Shown: one piece after another, positions 21,178 through 31,587 of the stretch | Layout of the letters: every line of letters starts with the position of its first letter | Position numbering within the stretch: the stretch's first letter is position 1 | DNA from: Chamaesiphon sp. | GTDB taxonomy: Bacteria > Cyanobacteriota > Cyanobacteriia > Cyanobacteriales > Chamaesiphonaceae | Length of the DNA: 64,000 bases | Assembly (NCBI GenBank): GCA_965246715.1 | Contig: CBDFFH010000005.1 | Coordinates: 64,001 to 128,000, forward strand | Direction of reading: 5' to 3' | Translations under genes and position numbers: made by a program | The notes under the pieces: generated by a model | Told to the model about the DNA's origin: nothing | The model's input: only the letters and a program-made list of their open reading frames with translations | Database searches by the model: none

Positions 21178-21314
21178 GCTAATATTTCCGCTGTACTCTC
21201 ACCTCATAGCCAAAGGCTAATATGCTGAAGGCAAAATCGAGAGCGGGTGTTTATGTTAATTCAGCTAGATCCAATGATGCCGTGCCACAAACATTTGCGG
21301 ATTGAATTGCCAGC

Positions 21315-21614
21315 TCAGGCAGCACCGACGGTCGGGATGCGAGCATACACTGCTTGATTCTCGTGTTTTGCTTGTCTGATGTCATAATGCGCTTGTAAGT
21401 TTAACCAAAACTGAGCACTATTGCCAAAATAGCAAGCAAACCGGAGAGCTGTATCTGCACTAATCCGCCGCTTACCATTCAAGATTTCGCCCACACGGGT
21501 CTTGGTTACACCGATATCAACACTAAGTCGATAAGGGGTAATATTCATCGGCTCTAGGAATTCTCGCTTCAAGATTTCCCCTGGATGAATATTTGGTAAG
21601 CGTTCGTCACTCAT
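21315..21614 (-). CDS. higA: HigA/VapI family antitoxin (no adjacent toxin)
   Basis: IHPGEILKREFLEP..ISADTALR..FGNSAQFWLNLQ. Confidence 0.9.
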   Translation of the reverse strand: MSDERLPNIHPGEILKREFLEPMNITPYRLSVDIGVTKTRVGEILNGKRRISADTALRFACYFGNSAQFWLNLQAHYDIRQAKHENQAVYARIPTVGAA

Positions 21615-22120
21615 AGTTAATTAGTAGTAGTAAGTGAAGCTGGTTTTAATAGTATCGCGGCACGACACTGCTGTCAATCGATCTTCATTCTCCGCTCCGA
21701 TCGGCACTTGCTGTTTTCGAGCTGGAGAGTCTTCACCGAAACAAGAACGATTGTTATTTTAGATTTTGTATCAAAACTAAAATAACAGCTCTAGCTATTT
21801 TAGTTTTAAAGTAAAGAGGCATTATATCTCGCAAGGATATTCCCGAAGCTTCGGCCCAATCCTATCGATCGAGTATAGTCTTTTACTTATAGATCTGAGT
21901 CAGTTACTAAGGCAAGCAGATCGAGAACTGGGCAAGTTAGATATTTACTCCGATCTCATTCTTAACATCGATCTGTCGAGAGGTGGGTACGTTCTCAAAG
22001 AAGCCATTCAATTGTTGATCGCCAGAGCTGCCTCAATCTCTGAAAAAATGGGTTAGTCACGTTACGGATGAGACTCTGGGGGGAAGAATATAGGTGTAAG
22101 TATCATGATACGGCTTCAAA

Positions 22121-22462
22121 ATGACTACCTCAGCACTGAATAAGCTTCTTTCTGTTTTTTCACTTGCTTCGAGCGCAACGACTATTTTCATAAATCCGGC
22201 TTTTGCCAGACCAATAGTTCATCACGGCGATAAGGGTACATACACTATCGATTTTGAAGCTGGTACATATCGGGGATGTCTCAATGGTGGAGGTTGTGTT
22301 TTTCTAGGACGAAAGTATCTTGTTGAAAACCGTAATCCTGAGTCAGAAAGTACTGCATGGACAAAAGGTGAGTATACATACGCAGTCGGTGAAGGTGAGA
22401 TATGGGTGACTAAAAACGGTCGAACCATATTTGAGGACCATATGTATCGAACGAGGAAATAA
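22121..22462 (+). CDS. Small secreted hypothetical protein
   Basis: Signal peptide ending PAFA; GC..GGC motif. Confidence 0.7.
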   Translation: MTTSALNKLLSVFSLASSATTIFINPAFARPIVHHGDKGTYTIDFEAGTYRGCLNGGGCVFLGRKYLVENRNPESESTAWTKGEYTYAVGEGEIWVTKNGRTIFEDHMYRTRK

Positions 22463-22572
22463 CTAAAGAACAAATATAGCAAACTAAATTCTCAGAACCT
22501 GGTAATTAAACCCTGCTTGTGGGAATTATAAGGTTGTTTATATTCTTAGCTCAAAGCAAAGGAGTGCTACTG

Positions 22573-23241
22573 ATGACCGCTGAGACTACCCCTTATTACA
22601 AATTAAGAAAATTAAAAAGATTTCCATCTACACTTATCGTATGGGAAGAATATGATGGCGGAAAGGCATTTGTTGCATTCCTTCTAGTTATAGCTTCTAT
22701 TTACTTTCTATCTGGCTTTTGGGGCTTTCTCATAGATCGCAATGATTGGCTGCACAATTTGTTTGCCAAGCAAACGAATATACTCGAATCGAGTCCTAGT
22801 CATTGGTGGCAGGTTTGGAAGTACTTTAACCCTTTTAGTCATTTTGCAAATAGTGCAATTGGCTATATAGATATAGTATTCAGGCTGTTTATTTTGCTAT
22901 GTGCTTACTGCTTGACATGGACAGCATTCGATCCTAGAAATATTGAAGGTTATATTTTAGGTATTATTAATGCTTTGATTGGTGGAGCATATGTGATTTC
23001 TCCCATCGACTTCATTCCTGACTCAGTACCTATTGCAGGTACTGTTGACGACACAATTCTTGGTATAGGGATGGTTTTTGTTGGCGTTTCTGGCTGGTAT
23101 CGAACTCACATGCGTGAAGTAAATACAACAACTATTCTTGAGATAGTCAATCAGGGTAATCATAGCTTGGCATTAGAGTTATTATTAAAAGACAAAGGAT
23201 TGTCTGTTCAAGAAATTAATGCTACGAATAACCCCCTGTGA
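22573..23241 (+). CDS. YkvA/DUF1232 membrane protein
   Basis: YVISPIDFIPDSVPIAGTVDD motif; several hydrophobic helices; ATG at 22573. Confidence 0.8.
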   Translation: MTAETTPYYKLRKLKRFPSTLIVWEEYDGGKAFVAFLLVIASIYFLSGFWGFLIDRNDWLHNLFAKQTNILESSPSHWWQVWKYFNPFSHFANSAIGYIDIVFRLFILLCAYCLTWTAFDPRNIEGYILGIINALIGGAYVISPIDFIPDSVPIAGTVDDTILGIGMVFVGVSGWYRTHMREVNTTTILEIVNQGNHSLALELLLKDKGLSVQEINATNNPL

Positions 23242-23351
23242 TTTCTCGCTCAATTTACATAATTGAGATTATTTGCTTTTAAATAATATCAAAAATCAAG
23301 AATGGCTTTTGATTGCGACAATTATACTACCTCATTTTAGTCGATAAAATG

Positions 23352-23399
23352 GCATAAAAAAGCAGGATTGGAACTAGTTTCAATCCTGCTTTTTTATGC
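23352..23399. terminator. Bidirectional intrinsic terminator
   Basis: gcataaaaaagcaggattg...caatcctgcttttttatgc between convergent genes. Confidence 0.85.
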
Positions 23400-23411
23400 A
23401 AGCCTTACACA

Positions 23412-23747
23412 TTACTCAAGGTAATCCATATAGAGACATTGCTCATTTTTGAGGAAATCATTTATTTCATGCAATAATCTAAGCTGCCATGACTGCTTTA
23501 ATGACTCTTGAATAATTGCAGCTCGGAAGAATGCGAGCAATTTCTGTCGAGCTGCACTGGTGAGTAAAACAACTTCAATTTCGTATCTTTCCTCTTCATC
23601 ATCTTCTTCTAATACCAGTGGTTCACAAGCTCTTACTCCTTTGATTCTATAAAGTCCTTTGTCAAGCAGCCACTGGGCAAAATCAACTGTGTAATCGACA
23701 TAGCCAATACGCTGCTTATCTTTTGAATAGAATGTAATGCTAAACAT
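23412..23747 (-). CDS. Acidic hypothetical protein
   Basis: 111-aa ORF with GGAG RBS, last gene of a three-gene run. Confidence 0.6.
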   Translation of the reverse strand: MFSITFYSKDKQRIGYVDYTVDFAQWLLDKGLYRIKGVRACEPLVLEEDDEEERYEIEVVLLTSAARQKLLAFFRAAIIQESLKQSWQLRLLHEINDFLKNEQCLYMDYLE

Positions 23748-23792
23748 TTTAGTTTCTCCGATCGTGTTGTGGGTAGTGTGAAATAGTTGAAA

Positions 23793-23999
23793 TTAGTCTT
23801 TAACTTGAGCTTTGGCTTTCCGCCACAATTCTCTGGGCATTCGTTCCCAGTAGATGACACCTGCCGAGCGCAGCAATGCTTTAGCTGCTTTGTCGATAAC
23901 ACCAGTTGTAAAGAGGACTCGCTTACCTTGCCTAATTAACTTCCTGGCATCGCGTAACTCAAAGATGCGTTGAGTTCTCATTTCAAAGAAGATCTTCAT
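23793..23999 (-). CDS. Small basic hypothetical protein
   Basis: 68 aa; TAATG coupling with the upstream ORF. Confidence 0.55.
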   Translation of the reverse strand: MKIFFEMRTQRIFELRDARKLIRQGKRVLFTTGVIDKAAKALLRSAGVIYWERMPRELWRKAKAQVKD

Positions 24000-24445
24000 T
24001 AGTTTTTATTTGAAAGATCGTGTTCGGAGATTAGTTGTTTTACTGCATTCAATAGTGATTCGCCGTTATCATCTACTTCACAGAACATGTCACCATTTGG
24101 ATCGTTAATTTTTAGTGTTCGTCTGACATGAAATTTCTTCTTTGCTAATGCCGCTATAGACCAGCCAATACCGTCCCTGTGATCTTCTAGATGTTCGATC
24201 ATTACATCTTCTGGAAGACGACATTGTGTATCTGCTCTTTTGGCAGCCTGAATAAAACTGAATGATTCTTGTGACGGTGAGGCTGACTGAGATGGTTTTT
24301 GTCTATCGAAGACCTGTCTTTTCTTCAAGACGCTATGCGAACGGAGATCGCGTAAGCGCGCAGCAAGGCAATCGAAGATTAACTGGACGATCTGCTTAAA
24401 AATCGTGCCTAGTAGACTGAAAAATTGTCGGATATATAGATTCAT
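23999..24445 (-). CDS. Hypothetical protein
   Basis: 148-aa ORF coupled to the next gene. Confidence 0.55.
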   Translation of the reverse strand: MNLYIRQFFSLLGTIFKQIVQLIFDCLAARLRDLRSHSVLKKRQVFDRQKPSQSASPSQESFSFIQAAKRADTQCRLPEDVMIEHLEDHRDGIGWSIAALAKKKFHVRRTLKINDPNGDMFCEVDDNGESLLNAVKQLISEHDLSNKN

Positions 24446-24950
24446 AAGTTATGAGGTTGATGACAACAAAATAGGCGCAGAGTCAATTGACTCTACTCCT
24501 ATTGGTAAAAGGTAATGCACTGTTGATTTAAGCGGCTAAATTAATAGCTGGGGCAACTAATCTTGTTTGAAAAGTAGATAATGTGTAAATCCCTAAAGGT
24601 TGCTTTTTTATCGCGGTGAGATGGTTCTGAAATTTTGGCAGGGCACTATTGAGACTGTGTGCTAATTTGCCACACCAGAAAAATCTTACTTTCTCTTTTT
24701 ACCAGGTATGTTACTAGTATAACACCAAGATGAATCTAGTGCAATACCAAGCATAATACTTTATTAGCAAGTAACATACTTTGTTAAATGTTTTGAGTAT
24801 TGTATTAGTATTGGACTAACTGAACGATCGATAGTACTCCAGAATATCGATCGAGCATCACATTTAGTAGCTAGAGAACTGGATATGAAATTTACTGCCA
24901 AAAAATTCTGGAGATAGACGATAAATCCTTGTAACCAATCTTACAAGCAC

Positions 24951-25808
24951 ATGTTTAAGTCTTATCTCTATCTAGTGCCAGCCTTGCTCTGTCTACTTCC
25001 TGGCTGTCAACTTCCATTGCCAAAGTCGGATACTGGCGAATCTACCCAGAAGCCAGGGCTGACATTATCCCCCGATCCCCAAGCTATTGCTGGCGCACCG
25101 TCTCAAGTGACCGATCGCAAGCCACTCATGCCACTCCGTCTGGCTGGTGTCCTGGATAAAACAGGCAGTACGGAGCCGAATAAGATTCCAAGCTATACAG
25201 AGGAACATTTTAAAACCATTGCTAAAGCATTACAGGAACGGAGCGGGGAATTCCGGTTGTTGGTTCTGTGTAGTGATTCTGATAAGGTGCTGGCACACTT
25301 GAAAATCCCCGTATCTGCAACACCCCCAGCCTCCCCCGCATCGCTACCAGATGAGAATTCAGTTAACACCATCGAGTACGCCAAATTAGAACAGGGGTAT
25401 TCTCAACGAGTGACTGAGTACAAGACTAAAAAGGCCGAGTTCGATCGAGCTAACCAAGTCCAGCGCAAGGCTAATGAAGTGGAGATCGCTATCTTCCTCA
25501 AAGCGGCTAGAAGTGTCCTAGCCGCACCGCCAACCTGTAAATCAACCGATATTGTGGGTGGAATTAAGCGGGTGGATCTTTTCCTCAGCGAACGGCAACC
25601 AGCGGGGTCGATTTCAGCACGGGAGGTGGCATTTTTTGTGAGTGATGGCGAACACAATACGACTGCGGCGACGAAGCCACCGGAAATGAAGAGTAAGCCG
25701 GAGATCGTTGTTGTCAGCCCTGGGTCGGGTGCGGGGATGTTGGAGCAGTTGCAGCCGACTAAGTTTGAATCGATCGATGCGGCGATCGAGGATATTCTAA
25801 GCCACTAA
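24951..25808 (+). CDS. Lipoprotein with VWA-like fold and helical insertion
   Basis: Lipobox LPGC; MIDAS-like LDKTGS, STD, FVSDGE. Confidence 0.7.
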   Translation: MFKSYLYLVPALLCLLPGCQLPLPKSDTGESTQKPGLTLSPDPQAIAGAPSQVTDRKPLMPLRLAGVLDKTGSTEPNKIPSYTEEHFKTIAKALQERSGEFRLLVLCSDSDKVLAHLKIPVSATPPASPASLPDENSVNTIEYAKLEQGYSQRVTEYKTKKAEFDRANQVQRKANEVEIAIFLKAARSVLAAPPTCKSTDIVGGIKRVDLFLSERQPAGSISAREVAFFVSDGEHNTTAATKPPEMKSKPEIVVVSPGSGAGMLEQLQPTKFESIDAAIEDILSH

Positions 25809-25815
25809 GAATATC

Positions 25816-25850
25816 GCCCCAACTTCCTGATGAAGTCGGGGCTTTTTGTT
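25816..25850 (+). terminator. Intrinsic terminator
   Basis: gccccaacttc..gaagtcggggc followed by a T-tract. Confidence 0.7.
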
Positions 25851-26047
25851 GCGGGGCTGAGTTCAGTCAAATAGCCGAGCGATTATTGCCAAATTCGGGA
25901 GCCATCACGCGATACATATTTATAACCAACACAGCACCAAGAAAAACAATCGACTCCGCAGATCGAACGCTGCTCGATCGAATTCTGCCAAAAATTTCAA
26001 ACTTCTATCGACATATATCCATAGCCCACCATACCAACTGCAATTAT

Positions 26048-26221
26048 ATGACCTCTACTATCACTTATCGATCGCCTGTAAATCGCCAGATCGATCGAGT
26101 CAAACATCAACACTTACTCGACAGGCTCAATCATCGGCTAGCAGTAGCCATCGAGCGTGGCGATCGAATGTTGGTCGCTCAACTAACTACCGAACTGGGC
26201 GACCTCCAAGCCTCAATCTAA
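26048..26221 (+). CDS. Small PirA-like protein
   Basis: 57 aa; HQHLLDRLNHRLAVAIERGDRMLVAQLTTE resembles the L..RL..A...GD..LV.QL..E pattern recalled for PirA/Ssr0692. Confidence 0.5.
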   Translation: MTSTITYRSPVNRQIDRVKHQHLLDRLNHRLAVAIERGDRMLVAQLTTELGDLQASI

Positions 26222-26275
26222 CTTTTTTACGATCGCAGGTGCATCGATCCTCAACACTACTCAAAGGCAATCGAC

Positions 26276-27181
26276 ATGAAATACTCGATCGACGAGCGCG
26301 CAAATCGTCACAATTTACAGCAACAGGAAGACGAGCTTAAAGCTCTGACTGGAGATATCAGTCGGCAATGGATTATACATCGCGACTGGAAAGTAGCTTA
26401 TTATCATCACTACTCACTCAACTATATTTATCTCCATCCCAAGATTGGCGATCAGTTGGCAGTACCGCTGCTGATTGCATTTACGATGGCGGTATATTTT
26501 ATCGATTTGATATTTGCGTATAATATTAGCGAATATCAGGCTCGGATGGCTTTTCACAATAATAGCTATGCGATCGCCTTTGCCATCTTTGTCTTACCAT
26601 TAGCATTCGTAACGCTCGAAATTTTTGTAAATTACTTGACTTATGAGGCGAAACTAGAAGCTGAAAATCGCAGTAATAAAGCTGGAAAGGTGTGGAAGTA
26701 TCGAGTGCTCCTGCTAGTCAGTCTTCTCCTCGCCATGACGATCCCTTTTTTATTCTTTATAACGGGATTTAAAGGTGAGGCAAAAGCAGGAAACCCAGTA
26801 TTTCTTGGTTTGCTTTTGGGCTTGGCGGTAATGGTGGGTCTCGTTCATATTGTGACTATTTTCGCAAGCGGGAAAATTACTGTCGCCAAAAATCGGATAG
26901 TGGCCATCTGGCAGCACAAATGGCTCAAGGGCAAGATGCAATCTAGTTATCATTGCTTGTCTAAAATGGTTGACGATGGCCAGAGCTTGTACATCAACTA
27001 TCTGCGGGATGTCGATGATTATAATCGCGGTCGTATTGTTGAAGATCGCTTCCTTCCGGTTCCCTTGTCGGAACTAGTCCACTACCTGATCCGCTATGTT
27101 GGGCAGGATTACTACCACATCCCACCAGGAGAAGAGCCAGGATTCGACGATCGCCAGCCGCCCAGATCGATCGCGGCGTAG
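26276..27181 (+). CDS. Four-TM membrane protein
   Basis: Four hydrophobic segments flanked by helical regions. Confidence 0.75.
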   Translation: MKYSIDERANRHNLQQQEDELKALTGDISRQWIIHRDWKVAYYHHYSLNYIYLHPKIGDQLAVPLLIAFTMAVYFIDLIFAYNISEYQARMAFHNNSYAIAFAIFVLPLAFVTLEIFVNYLTYEAKLEAENRSNKAGKVWKYRVLLLVSLLLAMTIPFLFFITGFKGEAKAGNPVFLGLLLGLAVMVGLVHIVTIFASGKITVAKNRIVAIWQHKWLKGKMQSSYHCLSKMVDDGQSLYINYLRDVDDYNRGRIVEDRFLPVPLSELVHYLIRYVGQDYYHIPPGEEPGFDDRQPPRSIAA

Positions 27182-27318
27182 TCCAATATCTCTAATTTTC
27201 TCTACATCCACCTTGAGCAGGTGGATTTTTTTGTGTCCAGGGAGTCAGCAATTTCCAAATGCAAACAGATTCGATTGCTGGCGCAGACGGCAAGCCGTTC
27301 GATAAATCTATGCACCGA

Positions 27319-27900
27319 TTAGGTTTCCGGTTCGGGGAAGACAATATCTTCGTATATTTGCTCGATCTGGAATGTCAGATTGACGCTTTTTAGCTCGATC
27401 GTATCCCCTGCTTGGTAGTTAATAATTCGCCAGTCATCTGTTTCGAGTCTGCGAAATAGTTCGACTTCGATCGTCTCCGCACTGACTAATACATATTCTT
27501 GCAAACTGGGATTGCGGCGGTACATTTTGAATTTGTTGCCACGATCGTATGCTTCGGTACTGGGAGATAGTACTTCAATAATCAGGCAGGGATAGCTAAT
27601 GTACTGGGTTGTGGTCTTGTCTCGATCGTCACAGGTAACGCTGGTATCGGGATAAATATATTTGTCCATGCCCATAACTTTGACTCGGCAATCAGAGTTA
27701 AGGGTTTTACAACCGCGTCCGCGCATGTGAGTTTTAAGCAAGACCCCAAAATTTAGGGCAATATCACCATGATTTATAGTGCCGCCACTCATGGCATAAA
27801 CTTCGCCATCCATGTACTCGTGACGCTCTAGTTGCTGTTCTTCCCAGGCGAAGTATTCTTCGGGGGTGAATCTTGGAAAATGTTCTTTGAGAGCAACCAT
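27319..27900 (-). CDS. Uma2 (DUF820) family endonuclease-like protein
   Basis: RHEYMDGEVYAMSGGT, YPD, IIEVLSPSTEAYDRGNKF, LQEYVLV. Confidence 0.93.
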   Translation of the reverse strand: MVALKEHFPRFTPEEYFAWEEQQLERHEYMDGEVYAMSGGTINHGDIALNFGVLLKTHMRGRGCKTLNSDCRVKVMGMDKYIYPDTSVTCDDRDKTTTQYISYPCLIIEVLSPSTEAYDRGNKFKMYRRNPSLQEYVLVSAETIEVELFRRLETDDWRIINYQAGDTIELKSVNLTFQIEQIYEDIVFPEPET

Positions 27901-28155
27901 ATCGGCAGAGGCTGTAGGGGTGGGTTTATGCTATCCATCTACGATTTTACCAACAACCACGAACAAAACCCACCCACCCCCACCAGCAAAGATCGATTAT
28001 TTGATTGCCGAGTTAATGCCTGAAAACCCAGGTAGGGTGAATTTTTGCCAAAAGTTTGTTCGAGCCGCCGATACAAGATTGAAGCCCCCATTCAGATCGA
28101 AGATACTTGATTCTGTGGGGGAATAATACAAGTACCATGCTGGAGCCTCACCCCA

Positions 28156-31100
28156 ATGTCCGATCGTAACGAACAACGCCAAAATGATTATCTAGAGCTA
28201 ATCCAAGCTCTGCTGGAATGTCCCCAAGATGAAGAAGATCGCCTACTTGCAGGCCATCCTAGCTTGATGGATGAGGGGTTGGTGATGGAATTATTGAATG
28301 TGGCTGAGATGCTGGTCAAGCGAAACGATCCAGAAGCAGCTTCCACAATTGAATGGTTAGTGAATTTTGCCGAACATTTAGCGCAAAAATTAGGATTGGA
28401 TCTAGAGAGTGGCAAGGTCGATAGTGAAGAATACGTGAAATTTTCTCTGGAGTTATTACAAGTGGTTGCCATGAATAATGGTGATCGACAGATAGTCGAT
28501 CAATTTTTTAACGAACATTGCACTTACCTTAACGAACATTTATTATTCACCTTGCCTAGAGTAGTGGAGATGATATTGGTGAAGGAAGAAGATCCAGATC
28601 GAAAATTTTTTATCGCATCAACACTGGGAAATTTAGCTATGTGTCTATATGGCTTTCGGAAAGGAAATCGATCGCTGAATCTGGAACTGTCGATCACCTG
28701 TTATGATCGCGCTCTCGTGGAATGTGCCCGCGAGAAATTTTCCATCGAGTGGGCGAAGACACAAACAAATCGGGCGAATGTCTATAGCGATCGAATTAAG
28801 GGCGAGAAAGCGGAGAATATCGAACTGGCAATTGCTGGATATAATGCGGCACTGGAAGTAAGAACCCGTGAGAAATTGCCGATCCAGTGGGCGGCGACGC
28901 AGATGAATTTAGCTGGTGCTTATTGGGATCGAATTAAGGGCGAGAAAGCGGAGAATATCGAACTGGCAATTGCTGGATACAACGCGGCACTGGAAGTATA
29001 TACCCGTAGGCAATTCCCGTTTGAGTGGGCGACAACGCACATGAATCTAGCTGTTGCTTACAGCGATCGAATTAAGGGCGAGAAAGGGGAGAATATCGAA
29101 CTAGCGATCAGTGGTTGTAATGCAGCACTGGAAGTATATACCCGTAGGCAATTCCCGTTTGAGTGGGCGACAACGCACATGAATCTAGCTGTTGCTTACA
29201 GCGATCGAATTAAGGGCGAGAAAGGGGAGAATATCGAATTAGCGATCGGTGGTTGTAATACAGCACTGGAAGTATATACCCGCGCCCAATTCCCGTTCGA
29301 TTGGGCGAAGACGCAAATGATTTTAGCTGTTGCTTACAAGAATCGAATTGAAGGCGAGGAAGGGGAGAATATCGAACTAGCAATCGCTGGTTATGAAGCT
29401 GCATTGGAAGTACATACCCGCGATAAATTCCCGTTCGATTGGGCAATGACTCAATTGAATCGGGCGAATGCTTACCAGAATCGAATTGAAGGCGAGAAAG
29501 GGGAGAATATCGAACTAGCGATCGCTGGTTATAAAGCTGCATTGGAAGTATATACCCGCAATGAATTCCCGATCGAGTGGGCGATGACTACCGAAAACCT
29601 TGCCATTCTGCATACAGGTGAAAATGATGAACTGGCGATCAATCTTTACCATCAGGTTTTAGAAGTATTTACCCCTGCCAATTTACCTATTAATGCCCTC
29701 ACAGCAAGTCGTGGATTAGCAAATATTTATTTCAAACAAGGTGTGTGGCAATCTGCTATGACAGCCTATGAAACCGCCATGCAATCCGTCGAAACCTCCC
29801 GCAGTTGGATCATCAACGAAGACTCCCGCCAACAACTGCTCAAAGATGCCCTCTCAGTCTATGAAAACGCGATCCAGTGTGCCATCAACCTTGGTAACTA
29901 TCCCCAATCCATCCAATACACCGAACGCATCCGCAGCCGCCAACTAGTCGATCTGATGGGCACCAAAGATCTCTATCCCGATGCTGAAATCCCCGCAGAT
30001 ATCCAGCAATACCTAAACGAATACGAACAACTCAACCGCCAAATTCAACACCTGCGCGAACATGGCAGCCCCGACAGCGATGGCACCACCAACTCCACCC
30101 GTACAGCCCGCAGCCTCAGCCGAGACAACACCACAATCCAGGCTCTAGAAGCACAAAAAAGAGCACAGTATCTCAAAATCCGCGCCTTCGATCCTGCTAT
30201 CGCCGGACAAATCGCCGTAGAGCCGATCGACTTTGCCGCCATCCAAAAACTAATTACCACCCCCCACACCGCCATCCTCACCTGCTACACCACCGATGAC
30301 GATACCCACATCTTCATCATCAAGCAGGGACAACAGCCAACGCTACATACCTGTACCAGTCAAGGTTGGAGCGAATTGCAACGCTGGTTACAAACAGAAT
30401 GGGTTAATCCCTACCACAACGACAATTCTATCTGGCAGCAAAACTTACCCACCTTACTCACCGAAATCTCCCACCGCCTCCAACTCGATACCCTAATCGA
30501 ACAACACCTCACCGACATCACCGAACTAATCATCGTCCCCCACCTCAACCTCCACCAAATCCCCTTCGCCGCCCTCCCCATAAATCCCACCCAAACCGAA
30601 GCCAGTAAAAATCCCATCCCCGAAGGCACTAGTGACCAAAATCCCCTCCTCGGAGGGGTGCCCGAAGGGCGGGGTGTGTTACTCGGAGACAAATTCATCA
30701 TCCGCTCCATCCCTAGCTGCCAGATCCTCCACTACTGCCAACAACGCAAACCCATCACCACCAAACACATCGGCACCGTCGAAGATGCTGAAGACAACCT
30801 CCTCGGCGCACGGTATGAAGGCGAACAAATCGCCGCACTCTACAACATCCCCACCGCCAACCGTCTGCGCGGCTCCACGCAAGCCACCGTTGCCAACTAC
30901 CGCGAACTCCTCACCAGAGTCAACCGCCTCCACTCCAGCCATCACGCCATCTCCCGCCCCGACAATCCGATCGAATCCGCCCTCATCCTCGCCAACGGCG
31001 AACGCATCACCCTCGGCGATTTACTCCTGGGCAAACGTTACCGCGATACCCTTGATGAAGTCTTCCTCTCCGCCTGTGAAACCCACGTTGGTACCGCCAC

Positions 31101-31587
31101 TCTCACCGATGATGTAGCCACCCTCACCACTGGCTTCCTCTGCATCGGCGCACGCTCTGTTCAAAGCACCCTCTGGAGTGTTGATGACCTCGTAACCGCC
31201 CTGTTTGATATTTTCTACCACCAGGAGCGAAGAGACGATCGAAGTCGCGCCTTCTCGCTCAGAGCCGCCCAATTCCGACTACGTAATTTCAGCGGTAGTG
31301 AATTTAAACTCAGATTCTACGATGAACTGATCGAACACTTCAACAAAAACAGCCCCGCCATGATTACCGATCTCAAGCAGCAGTGTAAAAAACTCAATGC
31401 TCAACAATCTACTCTGAATAACGATACAGAGGAATGGCAGAAGCTAGCAGAAACGATGAAGAATCTCATTCGGAAAATTAAATCGATCGAGTCTATACCC
31501 GCAGTATTAAATGGCTACTGCGCGACCGATCGACCATTTGCAAAACCTTACTACTGGGCAGCCTTTATCACTCAGGGTATGGCTTAG
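28156..31587 (+). CDS. TPR-repeat CHAT-domain (caspase-like) protease A
   Basis: 46-aa helical repeats; IVPH..LHQIPFAAL, LHSSHHA, FLSACET, STLWSVDD, PYYWAAF. Confidence 0.92.
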   Translation: MSDRNEQRQNDYLELIQALLECPQDEEDRLLAGHPSLMDEGLVMELLNVAEMLVKRNDPEAASTIEWLVNFAEHLAQKLGLDLESGKVDSEEYVKFSLELLQVVAMNNGDRQIVDQFFNEHCTYLNEHLLFTLPRVVEMILVKEEDPDRKFFIASTLGNLAMCLYGFRKGNRSLNLELSITCYDRALVECAREKFSIEWAKTQTNRANVYSDRIKGEKAENIELAIAGYNAALEVRTREKLPIQWAATQMNLAGAYWDRIKGEKAENIELAIAGYNAALEVYTRRQFPFEWATTHMNLAVAYSDRIKGEKGENIELAISGCNAALEVYTRRQFPFEWATTHMNLAVAYSDRIKGEKGENIELAIGGCNTALEVYTRAQFPFDWAKTQMILAVAYKNRIEGEEGENIELAIAGYEAALEVHTRDKFPFDWAMTQLNRANAYQNRIEGEKGENIELAIAGYKAALEVYTRNEFPIEWAMTTENLAILHTGENDELAINLYHQVLEVFTPANLPINALTASRGLANIYFKQGVWQSAMTAYETAMQSVETSRSWIINEDSRQQLLKDALSVYENAIQCAINLGNYPQSIQYTERIRSRQLVDLMGTKDLYPDAEIPADIQQYLNEYEQLNRQIQHLREHGSPDSDGTTNSTRTARSLSRDNTTIQALEAQKRAQYLKIRAFDPAIAGQIAVEPIDFAAIQKLITTPHTAILTCYTTDDDTHIFIIKQGQQPTLHTCTSQGWSELQRWLQTEWVNPYHNDNSIWQQNLPTLLTEISHRLQLDTLIEQHLTDITELIIVPHLNLHQIPFAALPINPTQTEASKNPIPEGTSDQNPLLGGVPEGRGVLLGDKFIIRSIPSCQILHYCQQRKPITTKHIGTVEDAEDNLLGARYEGEQIAALYNIPTANRLRGSTQATVANYRELLTRVNRLHSSHHAISRPDNPIESALILANGERITLGDLLLGKRYRDTLDEVFLSACETHVGTATLTDDVATLTTGFLCIGARSVQSTLWSVDDLVTALFDIFYHQERRDDRSRAFSLRAAQFRLRNFSGSEFKLRFYDELIEHFNKNSPAMITDLKQQCKKLNAQQSTLNNDTEEWQKLAETMKNLIRKIKSIESIPAVLNGYCATDRPFAKPYYWAAFITQGMA
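28744..29590 (+). repeat. Intragenic 138-bp tandem repeats (about 6 units)
   Basis: Repeated ENIELAI..Y.AALEV.TR..FP..WA.T..NLA.AY.DRIKGEK. Confidence 0.9.
30643..30676. repeat. REP-like double hairpin inside the CHAT domain
   Basis: cccctcc-tc-ggagggg-t-gccc-gaa-gggc-ggggtg; absent from the three paralogues. Confidence 0.65.

Noticed and set aside
30045..31272. Several overlapping alternative-frame ORFs (also 45314-46635 and 48027-48858)
   Set aside because: Shadow ORFs caused by extreme C/G skew within well-supported genes
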